From assembly GCA_964385505.1 (NCBI GenBank), contig CAYLPI010000004.1, positions 1 through 50,601 on the forward strand: a stretch of 50,601 bases of DNA. Reading direction: 5' to 3'. Made by a program: the position numbers and the translations under genes. The stretch is from an uncultured Bordetella sp. Lineage in GTDB: Bacteria; Pseudomonadota; Gammaproteobacteria; Burkholderiales; SG8-39. Each line of letters begins with the position of its first letter. The first letter of the stretch is position 1. Shown in pieces: positions 1 through 10,175 of this stretch. The notes under the pieces were generated by a model. It made no database searches. It was not told the origin of the DNA and was given only the letters and a program-made list of their open reading frames with translations.

Positions 1-504
1 GCTGCCGCGGCAGCCGGGCTCGATGCGAACGACCACGGCTACGAAGCGCTGATGCTGCGCGGACTGACGCAGTCACACCGCGAGTGGTTGCAACGCAACG
101 CCGAGCGCCAGCGACTGCGTGACGCGTGGGAGGGGTGGTTCCGTGACATTGACGTGCTGGTCGCACCGGTGTCGCCGACGCCGGCCTTCCCGCTGATGCA
201 TGACGTGCCCAAACCCGAACAAACATTGCAGCTTGACGGGGCGGTGCGGCCCATGGCCGACACCTATTTCTGGATCGCGCTTGCGTCGGTGGCCTACCTG
301 CCCGCGACGACGATTCCCGCCGCGCGATCGGCCACGGGCCTTCCCGGCGGCCTGCCAGTCGGGCTGCCAAGCGCCTTGTCAATCGGGCTGCCAATCGGGC
401 TGCAACTCATCGGCCCCGACTACGCCGACCTGCGCTGCATTGCGCTGGCGCGTCTGCTCGAAACCGCGCACCGCGGCTTCGCGCCGCCGCCGGGCTACGA
501 CTGA
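1..504 (+). CDS. Amidase-signature family protein, C-terminal part (5' truncated by window edge)
   Basis: DVLVAPVSPTPAFP...LPATTIP...GLPIGLQLIGPDYAD is the typical amidase C-terminus; the frame is open from base 1. Confidence 0.85.
   Translation, partial: AAAAAGLDANDHGYEALMLRGLTQSHREWLQRNAERQRLRDAWEGWFRDIDVLVAPVSPTPAFPLMHDVPKPEQTLQLDGAVRPMADTYFWIALASVAYLPATTIPAARSATGLPGGLPVGLPSALSIGLPIGLQLIGPDYADLRCIALARLLETAHRGFAPPPGYD
337..408 (+). repeat. Six degenerate 12-bp tandem units inside the amidase gene (GLPG-GLPV-GLPS-ALSI-GLPI-GLQL)
   Basis: ggccttcccggc ggcctgccagtc gggctgccaagc gccttgtcaatc gggctgccaatc gggctgcaactc. Confidence 0.75.
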
Positions 505-526
505 AACGCCGCCCGGGGCGGTGCGC

Positions 527-1519
527 CTACTCCGGCCGGATGCCGGCGTAGGTGATGATCTTCTTGAAGTCCTCGGCGTCGGCGCGCATCAGCGCGCCCA
601 TTTCGGTGCCGCCGACAAACGCCACCTCGAGGCCGCCGCCGACGATGCGCTGCGCCACGTCGGGCATCGCAACCACCCTGCGCACGTCGGCTTCGATTTT
701 GGCGACCACTTCCTTCGGCGTACCGGCCGGGGCCATGAAGCCGTAGTAAACGCTGGTGCCAAAGCCCTTGAGCTCGGGCAGGCCCGATTCGCTGAAGGTC
801 GGCACATCGGGCGCCGAGGCGGAACGGGTTTTCGAGGTCACCGCCAGAATCTTCAGCTTGCCCGAGACCTGGTGCGGCAACAACGTGTTGAGTGAGGAGA
901 TCACCGTGTCGATCTGTCCGCCGACGGTATCGACCACCGCTGCCGCGCAGCCGCGATACGGGATGTGCAGCGCGAAGGTCTTGGTCAGCGACTTGTAGAG
1001 TTCGAACGCAAAGTGGTGCGAGGTGGCGACGCCGCAGGTGGCATAGGAGACCTTGCCCGGCGCGGCGCGCAGCGCGGTGGTGAATTGCTTGAGGTCATTG
1101 ACCTTGAAGCTCGGGTTGACCGCGACCGCCATCGGCGAGGAGGTCGCCAGCGCGACGGGCGTGAAATCCTTGAACAGGTCGAAGGGCAATTTGGAATAGA
1201 GCGCCACGTTGATCGGGTTGGCCGTCGAGGCGAGTAGCAGCGTATAGCCGTCGGCCGGCGAGCGGAACACCGCCTCGACGCCGATGTTGCCGCCGGCGCC
1301 GATGCGGTTTTCGATGATCACCTGCTGCTTCCACATTTCGGACAGCTTTTCGCCGATCAGGCGCGCGGTGAAATCGGCCGCACCGCCGGCGGTAAAGGTG
1401 ACGATCACCCGCACCGGCTTGGTCGGCCAGGCGCCCTGCGCGAGCAACGCGCCCGAGGCCGTGGTGAGCATGCAGGCGGCAAGTGCGCGTAACAACAGGC
1501 TTCTGGCAAGAGTCGTCAT
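527..1519 (-). CDS. Bug/TctC tripartite tricarboxylate transporter substrate-binding protein
   Basis: Signal peptide, WPTKPVRVIV, GGAAD, ENRIGAGG, HIPYRG motifs. Confidence 0.92.
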   Translation of the reverse strand: MTTLARSLLLRALAACMLTTASGALLAQGAWPTKPVRVIVTFTAGGAADFTARLIGEKLSEMWKQQVIIENRIGAGGNIGVEAVFRSPADGYTLLLASTANPINVALYSKLPFDLFKDFTPVALATSSPMAVAVNPSFKVNDLKQFTTALRAAPGKVSYATCGVATSHHFAFELYKSLTKTFALHIPYRGCAAAVVDTVGGQIDTVISSLNTLLPHQVSGKLKILAVTSKTRSASAPDVPTFSESGLPELKGFGTSVYYGFMAPAGTPKEVVAKIEADVRRVVAMPDVAQRIVGGGLEVAFVGGTEMGALMRADAEDFKKIITYAGIRPE

Positions 1520-1587
1520 GGTCGGTTCCTTTTCATATGAGATGCGTGAAAATCATCGTGTTGCTTTCGTTACGTTGGGCACCGTGC

Positions 1588-3927
1588 TTACCTTGGTTGG
1601 CTTGCGCGCCCGGCGGCGTGTTCAATCAGGCGCCAGACGTTTTGCGCCGACAGCGGCAGGTCGCGGATTTCAACACCCAGCGGCGCGAGCGCCGCGGCCA
1701 CGGCGTTGGCAATGACACCGGCCACCGGAATGACGCCGCCTTCGCCCGCGCCCTTGGCGCCGAGCGGGTTATTGGGCGAGGGGTACTGCTCAAGCACCAC
1801 CGCCCGCAACTGCGGAAAATTGTCCGCGCGCGGCAGGGCGTAGTCCATCAACGAACCGCTCAGCAACTGACCCTGGTCGTCATAGACCAGTTCTTCGAGC
1901 AGCACACCACCGAGGCCCTGCACCAGCGAGCCTATGGTCTGGCCGTGCAGCGTGGCCGGGTTGATGATGCGCCCGACATCCTCGACGGCGACGTAGTCGA
2001 GCACGGCGACCTCGCCGGTGGCGACATCGACGGCGACATGCGCCGCATGTGCGCCATAACTGTAGGTGCGCTTTTTACTGGCAAAGGTGAATTCGGCAAC
2101 AAGGCCTTGCGTACCGGCGAGTTCGTACCAGGTGAGCGTGGCGCCGCCGGGCGCGATTGCCCTGCCATCTTTGAGCGTCACCTGCTCCGGCGTGCAGGCA
2201 AACCGGGCCGCAGCGGCGTTGCGCATCATGCCCAGCAGCTTGGTTGCGGCGCCGAGCAGCGCCGAGCCGCCCATCACCGTCGAGCGCGAGCTGTAGCTGC
2301 CAAAGCCCTCGGCGACACCGGTGGTAGAACCGTGGAACACGCCGCGAATGCGCGTCATCGGCACACCCAGCGCGTCGGCGGCAATTTGCGTGAATGCCGT
2401 CTCCAGACCCTGGCCCACCGCAGATGATCCGGTATATACGGCAAAGCGGCCATCGGGCTCGAGCGCAAGGCGCACGTTCTCGCTCGGGCCGGAGGCACCG
2501 CCCTCGATGTAGCAGCCCAGCGCCATGCCATGGCGGCGGCCATCGACCAGCTTGCCGTTGAGCGCGGACTTGGCCGGCCAGTCGAATTCGTCGAGGCAGC
2601 GATTGAGCGTCAGCGCGTAATCGCCGCTGTCGGTTTCGGTGGCGTCGCCAAAGGGTTCGACCCGGGCGAGCGCATAAGGCATCTCGGCGGCGCTGATGAG
2701 GTTGCGGCGGCGGAATGCGACGCGGTCGATGCCGAGGTCGGCGGCGACGAGATCGAACAGGCGTTCGCGAAAAAAATCGGTTTCGTAACGACCGGGCGCG
2801 CGGTAGGTCGCCACCGGCGTCTTGTTGGTCATCATCAGCGCCACCGCCATCCTGATGTGGGGAATGCGATAGGGCCCGGAGCACACCTGCGCGATGTTGC
2901 GCGAGGGCGTGACGCCAACGGTACGCAAATAGGCGCCGACGTCGGTGCGGGCGTGGCCGCGCAGCGCCAGGATGTCACCGTCGCGCGTGCAGGCGATCTC
3001 GATGTCGCAATCGGCGTCGCGCGCGTGGTTGGTGGCAAGAAAATGGTCGCTGCGTGTCTCCAGCCATTTCACCGGACGGCCGAGGTGTTTTGCCGCGAAT
3101 GGGATGAGGAAGTCCTCGGGATAAAACTCGCCGCGCGCGCCAAACGCGCCACCGATGTCGCATTCGAGCAAATCGACGGCCGACTCTTCCAGTTTCAGCA
3201 TGCCGGCGAGGATGCGACGATTGGCAAACGGCACCTTGCCCGCACCATCGACGACCATCCGGCGCTGCACCGCGTCCCAGTCGGCAAGCAGACCGCGCGT
3301 CTCGAGCGGAATCGCCGTATGCCGGTGCATGCTCAGGCGTTCGCGTCGCGTATAGGGCGCGTCACGAAACGCCGCGTCGGCGTCGCCGCGCACGGCGCGC
3401 AGGGTGATGGCGCAGTTGGTTTTTGCGTCCTCGTGCAGCAGCGTGTCGCCGCGCTCGGCCGTGTCGCGATCACTGACGACGGGCAGTTCCTCGATGTCGA
3501 GCACAATGGCTTCGAGCGCGTCCTCGGCGCGGGCGCGGGTGTCGGCGACCACCACCGCCACCGGCTCACCGACGTAACGTACCCTGCCGACGGCGATCAC
3601 CGATTGCTCGAACACCAGCAGCGAGGGGTGGGTCTCCTGGCGCAGCGGAATGCGCGGCACTTCGCCGACATTGGCGCCGACTTCGGCGGCGGTGATCACC
3701 GCGACAACACCGGGCATCGCCAGACAGGCGGTGGTGTCGATGGAACGGATGCGGCCATGGGCGACCGGGCTGCGCAGGATGGCCGCCGACAACATGCCGG
3801 CGCGCGACATGTCGGCAAGGTAGGTGCCGGCACCCTGTAAAAAGCGGCCATCCTCGACACGCTCGACCGGCCGCCCGACAAAGGGTCCGGCGTTTTTCAG
3901 GGCTCTGAGGTCACTGTGGTCAGTCAT
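1588..3927 (-). CDS. Xanthine dehydrogenase family molybdopterin-binding large subunit (paralog 1)
   Basis: 779 aa; RSPVAHGRI, GGAFGARG, active-site loop TYRAPGR, GQG-ET, GAKGAGE (catalytic Glu). Confidence 0.93.
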   Translation of the reverse strand: MTDHSDLRALKNAGPFVGRPVERVEDGRFLQGAGTYLADMSRAGMLSAAILRSPVAHGRIRSIDTTACLAMPGVVAVITAAEVGANVGEVPRIPLRQETHPSLLVFEQSVIAVGRVRYVGEPVAVVVADTRARAEDALEAIVLDIEELPVVSDRDTAERGDTLLHEDAKTNCAITLRAVRGDADAAFRDAPYTRRERLSMHRHTAIPLETRGLLADWDAVQRRMVVDGAGKVPFANRRILAGMLKLEESAVDLLECDIGGAFGARGEFYPEDFLIPFAAKHLGRPVKWLETRSDHFLATNHARDADCDIEIACTRDGDILALRGHARTDVGAYLRTVGVTPSRNIAQVCSGPYRIPHIRMAVALMMTNKTPVATYRAPGRYETDFFRERLFDLVAADLGIDRVAFRRRNLISAAEMPYALARVEPFGDATETDSGDYALTLNRCLDEFDWPAKSALNGKLVDGRRHGMALGCYIEGGASGPSENVRLALEPDGRFAVYTGSSAVGQGLETAFTQIAADALGVPMTRIRGVFHGSTTGVAEGFGSYSSRSTVMGGSALLGAATKLLGMMRNAAAARFACTPEQVTLKDGRAIAPGGATLTWYELAGTQGLVAEFTFASKKRTYSYGAHAAHVAVDVATGEVAVLDYVAVEDVGRIINPATLHGQTIGSLVQGLGGVLLEELVYDDQGQLLSGSLMDYALPRADNFPQLRAVVLEQYPSPNNPLGAKGAGEGGVIPVAGVIANAVAAALAPLGVEIRDLPLSAQNVWRLIEHAAGRASQPR

Positions 3928-3945
3928 GTCGTTGGCGTGCGCCGC

Positions 3946-5220
3946 TCAGAGCGTCGTTTTGCGCACATTGCCGCCCGCTTCGACAAACCAGCTCGCGCTC
4001 TCGAATGGAAGGCCGTTCAGACGGTCGCGCATCCAGTCGGCGCTGAGGCTGGGCGGATTGGGACCGAGCACGGTCGAGGGCACATTGCCCACGGTATGGC
4101 GCGACTCCTGATAGACGACGAGTTGCTTCGGTCCGCGCATGTCGCCCAGCGTACGCTCGGCCCAGATGATGGGGCATAACTCATCACGCTCACCGGCGAC
4201 GCACAGATAGGGCATGCGTATGCGTTCGGCGTGGCCTTTGAGCGTGATGCTTTTGCGCAAGCGCTCGAAGCGCGCCTCATCGGCGATGGCCGACATGTAC
4301 ATGAAACGGCGCTTGAAAGTCGGCGAGGCCTGATCAAAAATCGTCTCACCACCCGGTTCAAAGCAGATCGACGACACGCCGACGGCGCGGTAGCGCGGCT
4401 CCCAGGCGGCGGCGACGGTGGCGAAAAACGAACCGAAGCTGTTGCCTATGATGCCGACGCGCCCGGCGTCGATCTCGGCGCGCCGGCCCAGCCATTCGTA
4501 GGCCGCCTTGCCGGCGGCTTTCCAGGCCGGCACGCTGAACGGGATGTCGAGCAGTGCGCTCTCATACTGCCCCGGGCCGTCGATGACCAGCACCGCGATG
4601 CCGCGCGACAGCCAGCGGTCGCCGGCGAGCGCGATATTGGATTCCTTGAAGCCGTCCATGCCGGGGATGGACACCACGGCGGGTACGCGTCCCGATTTAT
4701 AACCATAGGGCAGGTGAAACCAGCCGGGCATTTTCTTGCCGCCGGGCAGCGTGATCCAGGCCGCTTCCACCTGATGGTCGGCGAGGCCGGCATAGGCGGC
4801 AAAGCATTCGCGCTTGCGCGTGTTGTTGGCGTGGTTGTGGGCGTCATTGGCAAGCAGCGTCCATTGCGATGCCGCCCAGAACACCGAGGCAATGAAATAA
4901 TTATCACGCGCCGTGACCGGGTGCTTGTCGGCCTGCGCCTGCCGCGCCACCGCCTCGCGTCGCCGCGCCGCGGCCTCGAAGGCCGGGTTGATGTCGGCGT
5001 ATTTTTGCACCCGAGCACGGATGGCCGCGATGTCCCCTGTCGCCAGCGGACCGCAGGCGGTGGCGTAGTTGCCGAGGCGCGGCTGGTCCCACTCGATGCC
5101 AACCGCACGGATGGTGTTGTCGATCAACCAGCGCTGCTCGTCCCAGCGTCGCATTCTCGGGCCGGCGTCTTCGGCGAACTGTTCGCGCGCAGGCACCGAC
5201 TTCTTTTTCGCTACGACCAT
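3946..5220 (-). CDS. Alpha/beta hydrolase, FrsA / 2,6-dihydroxypseudooxynicotine-hydrolase-like
   Basis: PGMDGFKE, DGPGQYE, nucleophile elbow GNSFG, GERDEL, C-terminal His (ESRH); helical N-terminal cap. Confidence 0.8.
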   Translation of the reverse strand: MVVAKKKSVPAREQFAEDAGPRMRRWDEQRWLIDNTIRAVGIEWDQPRLGNYATACGPLATGDIAAIRARVQKYADINPAFEAAARRREAVARQAQADKHPVTARDNYFIASVFWAASQWTLLANDAHNHANNTRKRECFAAYAGLADHQVEAAWITLPGGKKMPGWFHLPYGYKSGRVPAVVSIPGMDGFKESNIALAGDRWLSRGIAVLVIDGPGQYESALLDIPFSVPAWKAAGKAAYEWLGRRAEIDAGRVGIIGNSFGSFFATVAAAWEPRYRAVGVSSICFEPGGETIFDQASPTFKRRFMYMSAIADEARFERLRKSITLKGHAERIRMPYLCVAGERDELCPIIWAERTLGDMRGPKQLVVYQESRHTVGNVPSTVLGPNPPSLSADWMRDRLNGLPFESASWFVEAGGNVRKTTL

Positions 5221-5294
5221 CCGGCCCTCCGTGTCAGTGCTGCACGCCGCTGTCGATGGCTGGACAAGGCCGACTGGCGGCCCTTTCCAACCTA

Positions 5295-5322
5295 TCGTCT
5301 GTCGTCTGTCGTCTCTCGTCTT
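5295..5322. repeat. Heptamer tandem repeat (tcgtctg)x4, intergenic
   Basis: tcgtctg tcgtctg tcgtctc tcgtctt. Confidence 0.7.
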
Positions 5323-5326
5323 TTGC

Positions 5327-7672
5327 CTACGCGCTCTTGCGCCGCGCGCCGTCCACCATCTGCCACACCCGCATCGGCGACAGCGGCATCACGTTCGGCT
5401 GGACCCGCAACGACGACAGCGCGTTGGCGAGCGCATTGGCGATGACGCCGCCGACGACAATGGTGCCACCCTCGCCGGCGCCCTTGGCGCCGAGCGGGTT
5501 GAGCGGCGACGGATACTGCTCCAGTGTCACGGCGCGCACCTGCGGGTAGTCGGTTGCGGTCGGCACGAGGTAATCGGCGAGCGAGCCGGTCAAGAGCTGG
5601 CCCTCGCTGTCGTACACCAGGTGCTCAAGGAACACGCCGCCAAGGCCTTGCACCGTGCCGCCGATGACCTGGCCGTGCACCGTCAGCGGGTTGATGGCGC
5701 GGCCGACATCCTCGACCACCAGATAATCAATCAGCTCGACGCCGCCGGTGCCCGGATCGACCGCGACATGCGCCGCGGCGGCGCCGTAGGCATAGGTGTG
5801 GTGATGGCTGGCAAACGTGCCGTCCACTTCAATGTGCGCTGTTTCGGCGATCTGCGCGAAGGACACGGCATTGCCCTTTGGCGACACCGCCTCGCCGCCG
5901 GCGACATGCACCTCGGCCGCGCTGCAGCCGAGCAACGCCGCGGCCTTGTCGCGGATCATCGCCTTCAGGTTCTCGGCGCCGTTGAGGATGGCCGAGCCGC
6001 CCATGACGGTGGAGCGCGAGTGATACGAGCCCCAGCCCTCGCGCAGCAGGTTGGTCGAGCCGTGTAATAGGCGAATGTCGTCCATGGGCATGTCGAGCGC
6101 GTCGGCGGCGATTTGCAGCAGCACCGTCTCCAGGCCCTGGCCGACGCCGGTGGAGCCGACGCTGACCGTGACCCTGCCGTCCTTGTCCAGGCGCAGCCTG
6201 GCGTTCTCGCGCGGCCCGGACGCACCGCCTTCAATGAAGCAGCCAAAGCCGATGCCGTGGTAGCGGCCATCAATGAGTTTGCCCTGCAGTTCGCGTTTCT
6301 TCGCCCAACCGAAATCCTGCACGCAGCGATCAAGGGTGTTGCGGTAATCGCCGCTGTCGCACGAGGTATCGGATGTGTTCGGTACGATCGAGGGCGAAAT
6401 CGTCGGCAGCGCCCAGGGCATGTCGCGCTCGGTCAGCACGTTCTTGCGCCGCATTTCCACCGGGTCGAGGCCGAGGTCCTGCGCCGCCATATCGACCAGG
6501 CGTTCGCCGAAAAAATTGCTTTCAAAGCGCCCGGGCGCGCGGAAGGTTCCCGAACCGGTCTTGTTGGTAAACACGCAACGGCATGACAGGTCGATGTTGG
6601 TGACGCGGTAGGGGCCGCAGACGAACTGTGTCAGGTTGCGCGGCGCCACCAGGCCGTTGGTGCGCGGATAGGCGCCGAGGTCGTAGTTCATCGTGCCGCG
6701 AAAGGCGAGGATAATGCCGTCGCGGTCGCAGGCGATCTCGATATCGGCGTCGCATTCGCGCGCCTGGTTCATGGACAACAGGTTTTCGCGCCGGTCTTCA
6801 ATCCATTTGACCGCACGGCCGAGGTGGCGCGCGGCAAAGGGAATGAGGAAGTCCTCGGTATAGAACTCGCCGCGCGCACCAAAGCTGCCGCCGACGTCGT
6901 TCTCGATCAGCGTCACCGCGTCTTTTTCCATGCCCAGCATCTGTGCCACCGCGCCGCGGTTAAAGAACGGCACCTTGGCCGCGCCATACACCATCAGCGT
7001 TCCGGTCGCCGTGTCCCAGACCGCCATCAGGCCGCGCGGTTCCATCGTCATTGCGGTGATGCGCTGCACTTCAAAGCGCTCGCGGCGCGTGTAGGGTGCG
7101 CCGGCAAATACCGCATCGGCGTCGCCCTTTTTGGCGGTGTAGGTCAGCGGCGCATTGCTGTCGGTGCCCTCGAACAGGAGGGCGCCGTCCTTTTTGGCGA
7201 CGGCGCTCGCCACATCGGCGGCCACCGGCAGCGACTCGATGTCGAGTTCGATGGCGTTCATCGCGTCCTCGGCGATGGCGGCGCTCACTGCGACGATGAC
7301 GGCGACCGGCTCGCCGACGTGCCGCACCTTGTCGGAGGCGATGACCGGCTGCTTGTACGGCTCGAGCACCGGTATCGGGTGCAGGCGGATCGGGATCAGC
7401 GGCACCGCGCCGCACGAGGCGATGATGTCCTCGGCGGTGATGATCGCGTGCACGCCCTCGATCTTGCGCGCGGCACTCGCGTCGATGCCGCGAATGCGGC
7501 CGTGGGCGACGGGGCTGCGCAGGATCACCGCGTGCAGCACGTCCTGCTCGAGTATCACGTCATCGACATAGGTGCCCTTGCCGCGCAAAAAGCGCAGGTC
7601 CTCGATGCGTTCGATGGATGAACCGACATAGCGTTTTTTGTCGGCGGCGGGTTTGCGCAGGGGCTGGGCCAT
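5327..7672 (-). CDS. Xanthine dehydrogenase family molybdopterin-binding large subunit (paralog 2)
   Basis: Start placed at MAQPLRKP just after the small-subunit stop; GGSFGARG, TFRAPGR loop, GAKGAGE. Confidence 0.93.
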   Translation of the reverse strand: MAQPLRKPAADKKRYVGSSIERIEDLRFLRGKGTYVDDVILEQDVLHAVILRSPVAHGRIRGIDASAARKIEGVHAIITAEDIIASCGAVPLIPIRLHPIPVLEPYKQPVIASDKVRHVGEPVAVIVAVSAAIAEDAMNAIELDIESLPVAADVASAVAKKDGALLFEGTDSNAPLTYTAKKGDADAVFAGAPYTRRERFEVQRITAMTMEPRGLMAVWDTATGTLMVYGAAKVPFFNRGAVAQMLGMEKDAVTLIENDVGGSFGARGEFYTEDFLIPFAARHLGRAVKWIEDRRENLLSMNQARECDADIEIACDRDGIILAFRGTMNYDLGAYPRTNGLVAPRNLTQFVCGPYRVTNIDLSCRCVFTNKTGSGTFRAPGRFESNFFGERLVDMAAQDLGLDPVEMRRKNVLTERDMPWALPTISPSIVPNTSDTSCDSGDYRNTLDRCVQDFGWAKKRELQGKLIDGRYHGIGFGCFIEGGASGPRENARLRLDKDGRVTVSVGSTGVGQGLETVLLQIAADALDMPMDDIRLLHGSTNLLREGWGSYHSRSTVMGGSAILNGAENLKAMIRDKAAALLGCSAAEVHVAGGEAVSPKGNAVSFAQIAETAHIEVDGTFASHHHTYAYGAAAAHVAVDPGTGGVELIDYLVVEDVGRAINPLTVHGQVIGGTVQGLGGVFLEHLVYDSEGQLLTGSLADYLVPTATDYPQVRAVTLEQYPSPLNPLGAKGAGEGGTIVVGGVIANALANALSSLRVQPNVMPLSPMRVWQMVDGARRKSA

Positions 7673-7674
7673 GG

Positions 7675-8148
7675 CTATTTCCCCCCGTTCTTGTAGGCGG
7701 CGCGTGCATCGAGCACCGCCTCGACGATGGGGATGTAGCCGGTGCAGCGGCAGATGTTGCCCGAAAGCACTTCGCGCACGCGGTCGGCGTCGCAGTCGGG
7801 TTCTTCGGACAACAACGCATGGGCGGTGGTGATCATGCCCGGCGTACAAAAGCCGCATTGCAGCGCATTGTGGCGGCGAAACGAAGCCTGCAGGGGCGAC
7901 AGCGCCGCCTCGCTGGACAAACCCTCGACGGTGACGACCTTGCGCCCCTCGACCTGTACCGCCAGCGTGAGGCAGGCGCGCACCGCCTCGCCGTCAATGA
8001 GCACGGTGCAGGCGCCGCACACGCCGTGCTCGCAGCCGACATGGGTGCCGGTGAGGTGCAGTTCATGGCGCAGGCAGTCGGCCAGCGACATGCGCGGCTC
8101 GACCTCGACCTCGACGGCCCTGCCGTTGACTTCAAATTGTGTGGGCAT
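7675..8148 (-). CDS. Mo-hydroxylase small (2x[2Fe-2S]) subunit
   Basis: GCEHGVCGACT...C, QCGFCTPG, CRCTGY. Confidence 0.95.
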   Translation of the reverse strand: MPTQFEVNGRAVEVEVEPRMSLADCLRHELHLTGTHVGCEHGVCGACTVLIDGEAVRACLTLAVQVEGRKVVTVEGLSSEAALSPLQASFRRHNALQCGFCTPGMITTAHALLSEEPDCDADRVREVLSGNICRCTGYIPIVEAVLDARAAYKNGGK

Positions 8149-8171
8149 GCTCTCTTCCTTTTGTGCTTTTT

Positions 8172-9038
8172 TTACCGCGCAGCAGCGGTGGTGAGCGCGC
8201 GCCCGACCATGGTCGCGGCGAGCGCGCGGCGGTAGTCCGCGCTGGCGTGAATGTCGTTGAGCGGATCGACCGCGGACGATGCGGCGGCCGACGCCGCGGC
8301 AATGGTTGCGGCATCAGGCAGCTTGCCGTTGAGCACGGACTCGACAGCGGCAAGCCGGCGTGGCCGGTCGCTGAGGCCGATGACGCCGACGTGGGCGTTG
8401 GCGGCACGGCCGCCGGCATCAAGGTCAAACCAGACCGCGGCGCCGGCCAGCGCAAAGTCGCCGCGGCGGCGTGCAAATTCCTCAAAACCCCAGCGCCGCG
8501 CCGCAGGCCAGGCCGGCAGCAGCACTTCGACGATCAATTCGTCATGGCCGAGCACGGTTGACAAGGGCCCGGTGAAAAAATCAGCCGCCGCGACGACGCG
8601 CTCGCCGGCGACGCCGACGATGCGAATGCGCGCATCGAGCGCCACGGCAAGGCCGGGCATTTCGGCCGCCGGGTCGGCGTGCGCGATGCTGCCGCCGACG
8701 GTGCCGCGATTGCGTATCTGGTAGTGCGCCACGTGTTCGATACCGGCGCAAAGCAACGGTTGGCCGCCGGCTGCGGCCAGCGCGGCGCTTTTTTCGATGT
8801 CGCGCCAGCGCACCCGGGCGCCAAGGCGCGTGCCCTCGGCGGCGACGACAATGCGATCGAGGTCGGGCAGCTTGCGCAAATCCACCAGCAACGAGGGCGC
8901 GGCAAGGCGGAAGTTGAGCACCGGCATCAGGCTTTGCCCGCCGGAGATGGGTTTGGCCGCGCCCTCGTGCTGCGCCAGCAGCGCGACCGCTTCGGCAACC
9001 GTCGCCGGCACGGCATAGTCGAATGCGGCAGGCTTCAT
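8172..9038 (-). CDS. Mo-hydroxylase medium (FAD-binding) subunit
   Basis: MKPAAFDY, SGGQSL, IRNRGTVGGSIAHADPAAE, RRGDFA. Confidence 0.95.
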   Translation of the reverse strand: MKPAAFDYAVPATVAEAVALLAQHEGAAKPISGGQSLMPVLNFRLAAPSLLVDLRKLPDLDRIVVAAEGTRLGARVRWRDIEKSAALAAAGGQPLLCAGIEHVAHYQIRNRGTVGGSIAHADPAAEMPGLAVALDARIRIVGVAGERVVAAADFFTGPLSTVLGHDELIVEVLLPAWPAARRWGFEEFARRRGDFALAGAAVWFDLDAGGRAANAHVGVIGLSDRPRRLAAVESVLNGKLPDAATIAAASAAASSAVDPLNDIHASADYRRALAATMVGRALTTAAAR

Positions 9039-9096
9039 TGCGGTGTGTCCTTTTCGTGCTTGATGATCATGCGCATGGTCGGTTCAGTTCTTCAGT

Positions 9097-10080
9097 TCAG
9101 TCGGGTTTGACGTTAGCGGCCTTGATGACGCGCCCCCAGCGCTCCATCTCGGCACGCATGTGGGTGTTGAGGGCTTCAGGGGTGCTGCCAACGGCGGTGG
9201 CGTTCAGGCTGGCAAGCTTGTCACGGGCATCGCCCGAACGCAGGCCTTTGGCGAGGGCGCCCTGCAGCGCCGCGACAATGTCGGGCGGCGTGCCGGCCGG
9301 TGCGTAGATCGCATACCAGGCGGTGACTTCAAAGCCCTGCAGGCCGGCTTCGGCCAGCGTCGGCAGATCTATGCCCGGCACGCGCTGCGGCGTGGCGACG
9401 GCAAGCGCCTTCAGCTTGCCGCCCTTGAGGTTGCCGGCGGCGGCGGTGTACTCGATGGACATGAACTGGATCTGCCCGCCGATGAGGTCGGACATGGCCG
9501 GGCCCGAACCCTTGTAGGGCACGTGCACCACGTTCACGCCGGCGAGCATCTTGAGCATTTCACCGGCGAGATGGTGCGGTGAGCCGGTGCCAGCCGAACC
9601 GTAGGTGAGCCCCGGCTTGGCCTTGGCATAGGCGATGAATTCCTGGATGGTGTTGACCGGCAGTTGCGGGTTGATGACGATGATGTGGGGAATGGTCGCC
9701 ACCAGCGACACCGGCGCGAAATCCTTGATCGCGTCATAGGGCAGTTTTTGCAGCACCGGGTTGATGCCGTGGGTCGTGGTTGCCCCGAGCAGCAGCGTGT
9801 AACCGTCGGCAGGCGCACGCGCCACGAACTCCGAACCGATGGCACCGGCCGCGCCGGCGCGGTTCTCCACCACCACCGTCTGGCCGAGTTGCTCCGACAT
9901 CACCTGCGCCGCGGTGCGCGCAATCAGGTCGAGCGCGCCGCCGGGGGCGAAGGGCGCGATGAGGCGTATCGGCTTGGTCGGAAATTTTGCCGGCTGCGCC
10001 TGGGCAAGCGGCGCGCCTGCAACGAGACAGGCGGCGGCGAGCGCGGCCAGAGCGACGCGGCGGGTGAATATCGGGTTCAT
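9097..10080 (-). CDS. Bug/TctC substrate-binding protein
   Basis: PTKPIRLIAPFAPGGALD, ENRAGAAG, HVPYKGSGP. Confidence 0.93.
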   Translation of the reverse strand: MNPIFTRRVALAALAAACLVAGAPLAQAQPAKFPTKPIRLIAPFAPGGALDLIARTAAQVMSEQLGQTVVVENRAGAAGAIGSEFVARAPADGYTLLLGATTTHGINPVLQKLPYDAIKDFAPVSLVATIPHIIVINPQLPVNTIQEFIAYAKAKPGLTYGSAGTGSPHHLAGEMLKMLAGVNVVHVPYKGSGPAMSDLIGGQIQFMSIEYTAAAGNLKGGKLKALAVATPQRVPGIDLPTLAEAGLQGFEVTAWYAIYAPAGTPPDIVAALQGALAKGLRSGDARDKLASLNATAVGSTPEALNTHMRAEMERWGRVIKAANVKPD

Positions 10081-10175
10081 TGGTGCGTCCTTTCGGGATA
10101 GGCTGAAAATTGTTCAGGCGACGACGCGGGTCGCCTGTCGAATGCAAAACATGCGGGCCGGCATCGGCCGGGGGT

